The notes under the pieces are model-generated. The model had not been told where the DNA came from. It did no database searches and saw nothing but the letters and a program-made list of their open reading frames with translations. Below, piece by piece: positions 50,393-59,690 of a stretch of DNA of 64,000 bases (positions within the stretch are counted from its first letter, which is position 1; each line of letters starts with the position of its first letter). The position numbers and the translations under genes are program-made. The DNA is from Rhizodiscina lignyota (taxonomy: Eukaryota): assembly GCA_010015805.1 (NCBI GenBank), contig ML978122.1, positions 1,150,453-1,214,452 on the forward strand. The letters run 5' to 3'.

Positions 50393-52687
50393 ATGGTGTT
50401 TACCGCAGCTTCCCGCGCTGCAAATGCTGCCAATGACCCCACGTATCTTCTGAAACTTCGCATTCGCGGAGCTCTGACGGTACTCTTGCTCATACCTCTC
50501 GGATGCCTTGCATCGGTCGTTGCAGCCTCCTCCAACTTCCAGTCGCCAGCGTGGAAGATTGACACACGCGTCTGGCCATGCATACCATTGGTAATACCAC
50601 ATACGCGACGAACGGACTTGCGCTGAACAATGTCTACAGGTTGTAATTTCTCTACTCTGGAATATCATAAACCTTGCGGTCCTTACGAAATGGAAACGAC
50701 CTCTCAATCCTCTCATTAACGTCATCCTTCATGCGCTCCTTACAATTCTCTTCGTCGCCATCGGCGCCTGGGCCACACATTCTGCAGCATCGGCCTCCAG
50801 CGTCGCTGCTAACAATCCCTATGCTCCTGCTCCCGGATCCGATCCCACCCAATCAAACAAACCGCATCAAATCACAGCAGACAATGGAACGACGATTCTC
50901 GTTACGCCGAGTAACATCAAATTATGTCCCGCCTTCACCAGCTGCGAGGCGCAGGAAACTTGGATGCAAACGACACAACATCGCGCAATTGTCGCGCTGG
51001 CTGGATGTGCCATCTTCTTCCTATGCTTGTATGTCAAGCAGCCAGTTTCCTGAGTGGTGCGATGCTAATAGTTCATTGTTCCAGGCCCATTCACATACTC
51101 CTCACAGTTCTATTCATCCGCGACTATCAAATCAGAAGGCGGAGGGCGAAGGATACAAATTCTGATGATCTCCCATTAGATGCTTCAAACGGCGCACAGC
51201 GCAATTTGAAGCACCCCTATACCAATTTGGATGACGGCGATGGGACCACTTCACAAGTTAATCTGCTGCGCCAGGGACGTGGAGGACTCGGCTTCCACAA
51301 ACCGTTCTTGGGTAATGACTCTGGCATTTCTGTAAATACCGATCGACCTCAAACCGCCAAGACAGGCCAAACCGCCAAAAGCACCACAACCACAGCCACA
51401 ACCTCCAAACGTCCGCGATGGGGCCGTCCCAAGTCGAATGGGCCTTCACTCCCACTATTCTCGCTGTCAAGGTCGAGCTCAATTGCATCGACAATAGCAA
51501 GCAGGCGGAGCAAAAACAAAACGATACAGACGAATAAAGACCTTCCCCCAGTACCTCAGATCGATCAGAAGCATCGCGCACCACCGACGCCCAAGTTGAC
51601 CGCGTTCCCACCATCACCGAAGAGCCCGAAGTTTCCTAAAGAAATCTCCGTCCCACCACCTGTAAAAATCGCGAACAACTCTCAAGTCACACTCGCTCCT
51701 TCTATCAAGACGCCCAAATCCTTTGAATTTCCCAGACTTCCACAGAAGAATCCGGCCGGGGCGGAAACTCCCAAAGTCCCGGAAAATGTACCAAAGATCT
51801 CAGTTGACCGCCCTCTATCACCAGTGGGCGACCCGTTAGATCGCGAATCCTTCGACTACCGTGAACCCGAACTCACGGCGCTTCCTGAAGAGAGCGACCG
51901 GCCGGGGTCTCCGCAGACCAACAGGCCAACATCACCATTCAGTAACCTCGCCGACATTGATAGGATACGTTCTCTGAGAGCCTCCATATTCGGAGCTGAT
52001 AGCTTGCTACCTCCTAGGTCTTCAATGGCAAGCTCTGGGCGCATCTCCCCATCAATGTTTCAGCGCTCACATAGTCCGTTCGGAGGAAGCAGCGCCGGCC
52101 GCAGCTCGCCATGGCGAGAGCGTGCAGAGAGGCGAGCGCTAGAAACAGAACTTGCCCGTGAAAAGGCCGAGCGTGAGAAAGAGCTGCTCGAAGCGCAAGC
52201 CAAGGCTCACCGTGCGGCGGAGAAGATGGAATCTGCCTACTTGCGGGACGAAATGGCGCGATTGGAGGAGAAAGAAACTATGAGGAGGAAGAGGCTCGAA
52301 GATCGGGTGCAGAAGTTGAAGGATACCTTGGAAGAGCTGAAAAGGATACAGGACGAGGAGGAGGAGCGGCAGAAGGAGAGGGAAGAGAGGGAGAGGAAAG
52401 AAGAGGAGGAATTTCAAGAGGAGTTGAGATCCATTATCGGGAGCGGAGGGAACGGACAGGGCCCAGGTGTGAAGGCAGGGGTTGGGCATGCAAGAGTCGA
52501 AAGCTACAGTAGTGCTGGACAGGGACGAGTTGTAGAGCAGCATGTCAAGTCGAAAGAGCGGCCGCACAAAGAAGGAAGGGGCGACGGGGAGTTTGCGGCT
52601 GCGAACGAGGTGAAGAAAGGTGAAGTCGGTGAAGTGGGAAAGGAGACAGATAGACGGCGGTATAGTTGGGAAGATGGGCATGGATGA
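50393..52687 (+). CDS. Hypothetical protein: N-terminal 4-TM (MARVEL-like) region, Pro/Ser-rich linker, C-terminal coiled coil
   Basis: Three exons join in frame (introns ~50591-50639, ~51029-51084); hydrophobic segments, then an E/R/K-rich helix. Confidence 0.75.
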
Positions 52688-53137
52688 AGAAAGGCATTCG
52701 AAGTCATCAACTATGCGCCGAATCGGAACAGAGCACGAGGATATTCGCAGCGTCTTACCATCACATCAGGAGCGACTGAAGCATCGAAGTGTGACTTCGA
52801 TGAATACTTACCGAGGGCACTCGAAAGGCACTCTGTGCTAACGGAGAGTCCCTTCTGGTATATATACAGCGCCTCTCGCAAATGGCCTCCGGGCCATCCA
52901 CAGCTCTTCCACAGCGTCATCAGCCGCGATGCGTCGGTTGTCTTGCGAGCGTAAAGCGTACCGACAACTTTTCTGGAGCCTCATCCAGTCTCGTCGCAAA
53001 GCTTCGATCCACTTGCACTTGCAGGCAAGTGGGTGACAAAGAGGTTGAGCCGTGGCTACGATATGTCGAGACGCGAGGATGTATACCCCCATCAGTTAAT
53101 ACAAGATATACACACTAAAGCCACGTGTTTTGGCTAA

Positions 53138-53400
53138 GTGCTGGCTGGTGTATATTCAATTGAGCTTTCAGAGACGCTCTCGTTTGTGTTGAAGAGCAAA
53201 ACTCATTACTGCACACTTTCATTTGATCGGGCTCAACTGTTTCGTCACCCTCGTGGCAGGGTATCACCTCCCTTACTCCAATGTCGCCGAAATCGCATTC
53301 CCCTTACTCAACGAGGCTGCAAGGGAGAGGATCTTTACGGAGCAATCTTTATTTTATTCCGGATAATTATTTGATGGGCTGTACGACCGTGGATAGACAG
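53138..53400 (+). pseudogene. Coding relic, paralogous to 47780-48030
   Basis: 32/42 ungapped identity (53159-53200 vs 47796-47837) and identical GTCACCCTCGTGGCA (53244 vs 47887). Confidence 0.55.
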
Positions 53401-54932
53401 TTTTCTGTCATTGCCGAATTGTACTCGGAGTGTAATAGGAATTTATTAGCCTGCCGCTATTTAATCAGTCGCCACGTAATTCTTCGGCCAGTCTCACATG
53501 CGCTGTGAAAGTAGAAGCTCGCTCTAGCAGCATATTTTCACCTTGATTAGCAAGAGTTGAGAGATGTATCTCTCCTTTAACAATCTGATATTCAACGCTC
53601 AGCGGCCGAAGCCGAGTTGTGAATTACGATTCATGGAGACTTCTAAAGAAGGCTCATGCTAGGGTGTTTGAAGCATCATCTACTTCATCCTGAAGTCCGT
53701 TCTATTGACTTGCTAGATTTGATCATGATATTGTTTAATGTTTGCTTTTCTCTTCATATCGGTTGAAGGATGCAAAATATACGTCGAGGCTCAGCATTTG
53801 GTCCAGTGCAAAAAAAGTCTGAATACACAACTCCGGATATATGATTCAATCTGTCCTGAATACACCCTAGTAAGTTTTCAGAGGTTGTTGGAATTGTTGT
53901 TCTCCATGTCTCCGTTTCTCTGGCGTTGCTTGACGGACCGAAAGAGAGATCATGTATGTACATCCATCTTGCGGCGAACAACAGTCACTTCAACTGCAGT
54001 GCTGAAGGAGGCAGTTGATTATTGTCTGAGGGTATTCGACCAGTCCTAGGGATTTAGGAACTTGCTGTTGAATATGCGCTTGCGTCTTTCGGTTGGTGGA
54101 GGTAGCTTGATTTTCCCGAGGCCTAGAGGTACCAGGGGCCAGGCACCCAGGCACCTAGGGTGCGCGCACTCTAAGTAGAGTAACGGCCCGACAGTTTGGC
54201 CGCTGGGCTGAACGTCCCAACTTCATCTCATCTTGAGGATGGGGAAGAGATCTCGAATACAGCACAATCTCGTTCAATTGTAAATATCAATCGAAATCGA
54301 ATGATCCGTACTATAAAAAGGTGGACTTACGATTATAAATGCGGATCATTGGTGGTAGTTTTCGCATACTCAACCCAACTTGCAGAGAACGCATCTCATA
54401 TCAGACAAGGCCATTCTGAGAGAAACGAGAACATACAAACGCAGATCCGTCGAAATACGAAGGACACACTGGATATTTACATTGACCTTCCTTGTTGAAC
54501 ACAGGTTTGCCACTAACTATGGTCTGCTTTGGCCTTTTAATGTTCATGCTCGTAGTTCGAAGGAGTTGAACAGGAGAGCGGTCTTCGCGAAGCCTAAAAG
54601 CAGAACAGGACGTCCATTAGGAACGGTGACATTTGCCTACGCTCATTCTGGTCAAATTTATATACCGTCTCTTTCATTGAATGCCGATCTAACTGTTCCT
54701 TTTCACTCTATCATCGACAGATGTCGTTGAATGAAACGAAGAGACCATCTTTTTTTCGTCCACATTCCATGTATCCCAATCCACGATATGCTGCCTTCCA
54801 CCTTGTTATAAACACCTCGAAGTTGATTACATTGGCTATTGTCAGCGGAGCAGAGTCCGCTCAAGTCGAAACGCGTCAGAATCTATAGGTTTGCCCGTGC
54901 TAGAGGTGTACTTTATTGTAGGCTTTGCAGTA

Positions 54933-55430
54933 TCACACACACCTATTGACACGAACATAGCTATTCGTGACAGACTTACCTAGTTGGGACGAGGCCAATT
55001 GTGAGGTTTGCCTATGGCTAAACTGTACCAGTATACCCAGAAAGGAAGCCGTCTTTTTACTAAGGTTAGTATGATCTCTACCTATTTCACCTAGTGGTTC
55101 AAACGTGGCTCTGCTATAATGCGGAAGCTGCTGGTTAGTCCTATGCTGCGTTTCCAAACATCACTACCTTTCTACCAATACTGTAATTAGTCCCTTCGCC
55201 CTCTTCTTCCTAATAACAGTCCTACGTACTTCATACACCTTTGAACAAGGAGAACTCCGAAAGTCGAGCCCACATTCACTAGAACGTAGGCTCCTCTTCT
55301 GCCCAGATGCACTGGGCGCACACCCGCCTTCGGGATTTCTGAATTCACTCCTCCACCGCTCCTACTGCTGCCGTTTGTAACCGAGCACATCGGCGCTGGC
55401 AAGTTCCCAGGTCGGCAGCGGCTACTCCAT
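54933..55430 (-). pseudogene. TpA-enriched, RIP-like degenerate reading frame of unknown family
   Basis: Hand count 54901-55260: ~36 TpA vs ~19 ApT; 166-codon frame from ATG 55430 with 3 TAG + 1 TGA internal stops. Confidence 0.4.
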
Positions 55431-55487
55431 GAGTCATCCGTGTGTAAAGCTCTCAATGTTCTTAGCTGCCTTGCGCTGTGGCACGTG

Positions 55488-55639
55488 TTTGTTGTCACAA
55501 AGCTGGCTCGTGCCTAGCTACACTTCACGTTTTAACACCGGCTATTGATCTCATTGGCTGCTTATTGAGGAAAAACTTGCTCATTTTGTGACAACAAAAA
55601 GCTAATTTCCCGCTAGCGCCAAGGCCAGTGCCTATATAA
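55488..55639. promoter_or_regulatory. 14-bp perfect inverted repeat, reverse CCAAT and TATA box upstream of the orphan gene
   Basis: TTTGTTGTCACAAA 55488-55501 / TTTGTGACAACAAA 55585-55598; ATTGG ~55553; TATATAA 55633. Confidence 0.6.
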
Positions 55640-55823
55640 GTTCTCACTTGTTCCTCGAACCTTCCTTTCTTTTTTTCTCAGCTGCAAAACAAACTCCTTG
55701 TAAGTCATACTCTATCCGAATTTGATGTTACACAACACCATAGGCGAATAGATCCCGCTGACGTTCAAATAGCCTCACCAGCACCACCACCACCAACACA
55801 CTTTTTTGTTTTCTAAAAAAACA

Positions 55824-57035
55824 ATGCCGGCTCCGTGGCTGCTGGTGTACGTTGCCGCTGGCTGGCAGGCCATTTTCCACGCACTCACCAGCTATGAGTG
55901 CGACAGCGTGTTCATCCCGGTCGACCCGTTGCCTGTTGACCTCCCAAATGCCACTATCACCGGCAGCTGGGAGGCAACAGCAACGGTCGCACCGGCGTTG
56001 AACACACCGTTGCTTGCGTGCTGGCTCCTCCTCCTGCTCTCCCTCCTCTCCGGCGCGGTGTTGGTCTTCTCCTGCCTCGCCGCCGTCCGCCGCCGCCTCC
56101 GCCACCGCCGCACCTCCTTCTCTCTCTCCGCCATTTTGACGGTGCTCGACGTGGCACCGGTGGCACCGGCTCCTCCCGCTCTCCCCGCTCCTCTCTCCCT
56201 CTCCGCCGTCATGACGGTGCTCGACGAAGCACCGGTGACCCCGGCACCTCCCGCTCCGCTCTCTCTCACAGCCGTCATGACGGTGCTCGACGAAGCACCG
56301 GTGGCCCCGGCTCCCCCCGCCCCTCTCTCTTTCTCCCCAATTGTGGGAGTCTCCACGGAACCGGTCGACCCACCACCACCTCCTCCCGCCGCCGCCTTCA
56401 CCTTCTCCCCAATTGTGGGAGTCTCCACAGAGCCGACGGAGCCTTCACCTCCCGCTCCTCGTGCTTCGTGGGGATTCTCCCCAATTGTGGCCGTCGCAAC
56501 GGCCCCGGTCGAACCTCCTGCCGCCGCTCCTCCCGCCGCCTCTCCTCCCGCCGCCGCTCCTCCCGTTCCGTGGGGACTTTCCGCAATTGCGGAAGCAACA
56601 AACGAACCGGTCTCCCCCTCTCCCTCGGTCCCGGTCACACCTTCTCCCCTCCCTGTTGTCGGCCTGCCGGCCCCCTCCGCAGCCAACACGGCTGCCTCGC
56701 TGGACCCTGAGGACGCTGAGCAATCAGCACCTCGTGAGGGCAAGCGTCGCAGCCGCCGGTCGGGGGCCACCCCCGGCAGACTCACCCGCTGCGCGCGCTG
56801 CACCTGGGCATGCCCCATGTGCTGGAGACGGAAGGGCCGTATTCACGGCGAACCGCACATCCTGGTCGGGTACTCGGCCAGGCCTGACAACGTCGTAGGT
56901 TTCCCAACCTACGAGCCGTGCGCGTTCGCCGGATGCGGTCATCCGTGTCCAGCTTGTGGCATGGGCTGCCCAGATGTGGTGCCGCACCAAGGTGAGGGCG
57001 ACTACATGGGGGGTTTCCTGGCCCCGCAAGAGTAA
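55824..57035 (+). CDS. Orphan membrane-anchored protein with 7 Pro-rich repeats and C-terminal Cys clusters (putative Zn-binding)
   Basis: Intronless GC-rich 403-aa ORF; hydrophobic N-terminus, TM LLACWLLLLLSLLSGAVLVFSCLAAV followed by RRRLRHRR, repeats, CARCTWACPMC and CAFAGCGHPCPAC. Confidence 0.75.
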   Translation: MPAPWLLVYVAAGWQAIFHALTSYECDSVFIPVDPLPVDLPNATITGSWEATATVAPALNTPLLACWLLLLLSLLSGAVLVFSCLAAVRRRLRHRRTSFSLSAILTVLDVAPVAPAPPALPAPLSLSAVMTVLDEAPVTPAPPAPLSLTAVMTVLDEAPVAPAPPAPLSFSPIVGVSTEPVDPPPPPPAAAFTFSPIVGVSTEPTEPSPPAPRASWGFSPIVAVATAPVEPPAAAPPAASPPAAAPPVPWGLSAIAEATNEPVSPSPSVPVTPSPLPVVGLPAPSAANTAASLDPEDAEQSAPREGKRRSRRSGATPGRLTRCARCTWACPMCWRRKGRIHGEPHILVGYSARPDNVVGFPTYEPCAFAGCGHPCPACGMGCPDVVPHQGEGDYMGGFLAPQE

Positions 57036-57157
57036 GAGCATTCACCTGCCTATGCCGCAAGGCAAGACAGTGTGTGATCTCTCTCCACTGCGGTTCCATC
57101 CTGGAGGAAGGGAGTAGATTCCATTTAATGCGCATGCATTTCCTTCGTGTTTGACCC

Positions 57158-57392
57158 TGATTTCGGTTGATGAGACGCGTGTGCTCTGCACCGTGGCAGT
57201 CCCGATATCATTCATCCACCAGGGGATGGCAAGATCGATCGGCTCCGTTTGTGCATCATGGCTTTTGTGCTGATTCTGGTTGCAGTGTCTCGATCTCACG
57301 CACGTCGTGCGTCCACGTGCATGGCATTGATGGTGTGCTGATGAATCGCGTGTGCTCTGCACCGTGGTAATCCCGCCATCATTGCTATGCAC
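57158..57392 (+). repeat. Two hairpin repeats with an identical 21-nt core
   Basis: CGCGTGTGCTCTGCACCGTGG at 57176-57196 and 57347-57367, each enclosed by a different self-complementary outer stem. Confidence 0.75.
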
Positions 57393-57715
57393 TTTAACAG
57401 AGATCAGGCACTCACACCAGACTCACGCATCAGTCGCACAGGCGTCCGCAGCGCAAGCGATGGGACTACTCTCACGGTCTGGACATCAACGTTTGGGGAG
57501 TTTCAGTTCGAGGTCTTGATGACCCTGCTCCTCGGGAGAGGCATCAAGGACCACAAAGGCACGCGCTTGGGGTTCCACCTGCTTCACCCCGCGTGGTCAG
57601 GCGTCGGCAGGGTGCACGCTTGCTTGTGCGAGGTGCATCTTGTCGGCCTTGCAGTGGTGTCGTGGTTGCTGTCCGCAGCACCTCAGGGTTGGGTCGCGGA
57701 GGATCACAGGACAAA

Positions 57716-57812
57716 AGCATGTTTTGAGGGGCATTTGTACTTTGTTTTTTGCTTTCCTTTTTCAGCATGTTTTGAGGGGCGCTTGTGTTTTGTTTTCTTT
57801 CTTTCTTTAGTC
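57716..57812. repeat. 48-bp-spaced direct repeat followed by T-rich tracts
   Basis: AGCATGTTTTGAGGGGC at 57716-57732 and 57764-57780. Confidence 0.8.
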
Positions 57813-58377
57813 TTGATTTCTGGTCTGCGGCTCACTTTTTTTGTATTTCGGACAGGCGTTTGGGGAGTTTTGTCATTTTTTGTAGAGCTCGCAGCGAATC
57901 AAGACGCTTTTCATCCAACACCGTTCACCTCTTGCCAATCGTGACTTCAGAATATCATAGTGTGATTCGCCATTCGCCATCGTATGAGCTCTGAGCAGTA
58001 TTGTCTGAGAGTAGCCGAATACATCAGATGCCGCAAAGCAGGATGCAATACTTTTCTCCGTACGACTTCTCCAATGCCCTTGTTTTGGAAATTTTGAGCC
58101 CGCTGTAGCAGAAGAATCTCCCACCGAATGGGAGAGAATTATTTCATGGCTTCAGAACCTACCTCTCGGCATTAGCATCGCAGGAATATTCGCCATTTGG
58201 ATGAGATGACGTTCGCCGTGGCACCCCTGCGCATGAATTGAATGACTCGCGTGTGGCATTGATCATTGGCCAATCGTCGACGCGTTCGACGCGTCTCCCT
58301 TAAAATGACCTCGATATAACTGTATTCTGCACCGTGTAGAATTGCAAAACTCCGACAATTTCGCTTTCACGTCTATC

Positions 58378-59525
58378 ATGAGCGCAGAAGTCGCAAAGAA
58401 ACGCGGCCGTCCACGAAAAGCGGACGTGGAGGTGTCCAAGGCTCAGGCCGTAGCGAAAAATTTGGCTGATGTCAAACCGAACTCCACCGACAAAGCACGA
58501 AGCAAGCCGAAGCAGCTTGATCAGCAGAAAGCGCCGGCCCAAGTATCACAGGGGACTGTAAAGATCCCAGAAGTGAAAACACAGGCACCAAAGACATCGT
58601 CTCGAGCAAAAGCAGGCCCGACGTCAAAGACTTCCTCCAAGATACTAAAAGCTCTAGAAGAGAGCGGCGCGTCAAAACCATTCACAGCTCCACAGACACC
58701 TATACACGCTCCGCTAGAGGTACCTGTATCACTGGATTCCAAATTGGACACCGCAGCGTCAGGCTCTGGGGCGGATTTACATCAAACTCCCTTGGCTGAA
58801 CCGTCCGAATCATTCCTCGGAGAGCGATCAACAGATGCCAATTTGACGACAAAGAATATTGAATCTATCTCTACAGGTGCAGACCCGCCTGCAATGCCAG
58901 TTCAGAGAGTGCCAGTGCCCCAGATTGTGTCGCAGACTTTTACGCCAACAGCTGCGCTGCTCAAAGACAAGTCACCTTCCAAAGCACCAAGCATTCAAGC
59001 CACGGCATCTTCAGATCCCAAACCATCTTCCAACACCGCCTCGATCAAGAGTCCACCGGCCACACGGTCGTCAGTACCTACAAAGGGCAACGTCAAACCA
59101 CCTGGTAAACCTCCAAGTTCTCCGAGCCCGCCGAAGCCTATCAGCCCTCCTCGCAGAGATCCGATGCGTCCGACAATTCCATCAGTAGCTTCTGGCACCG
59201 TTGATGCGAAGCCGAAACCAAAAGGGCTTCCTGGGACATACAAGCAAAATGCTCGAAGGTGTGCTCCGTCATTCATGTTTGATAGAACAAAGTTGACAAT
59301 AAAACAGGATTACTCTCCTAATGGTTGCAATACCTGTGGTTATAGTCACCACTTACCATTTATATGAGCGATGTGAGTGGCTTTGGTCTCCTCGATGATG
59401 CCCTTGTGAATTGCTAATTTGTTGTCTTAGACGTAAATGGTATGGAACCGAAGAAGTTGCCAAGGGCTCTTACAGAACCATGGGATCAGAAGAAGGTGAT
59501 GACGGCTACCAAGAAAGATGACTAA
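58378..59525 (+). CDS. Hypothetical protein with N-terminal AT-hook-like motif and C-terminal TM segment
   Basis: KKRGRPRK; after splicing (59259-59308, 59373-59430): YKQNARRITLLMVAIPVVIVTTYHLYERY...KKDD*. Confidence 0.75.
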
Positions 59526-59690
59526 CGGTATGCTATGATTGAATATCTGATGTCTGGTGATGACAGATCAGTCTGTTCTCATGAGGTTTCATGCCAGTAT
59601 ACGACCTCTATGAGTCGCTGTATATTCGGAATGGCGGTGCAGATATGTACAGATGCGACCTCCATTACCGCATATCTAAACAAGGACATG

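Noticed and set aside
54121..54180. GC-rich hairpin (GCACCC...GGGTGC) near CTAG/CTAA, like a Helitron 3' end
   Set aside because: Not followed by the expected T target base, and no 5' TC end or Rep/helicase seen
55892..56818. Long antisense and alternative-frame ORFs over the Pro-rich gene (likewise over 6146-6917 and 52139-52681)
   Set aside because: Shadow ORFs caused by GC-rich, low-complexity codon use
57338..57372. CTGATGA + stem suggests a hammerhead ribozyme, C/D snoRNA or SECIS
   Set aside because: No GAAA after the stem, no well-placed D box and no tandem GA quartet or apical AA
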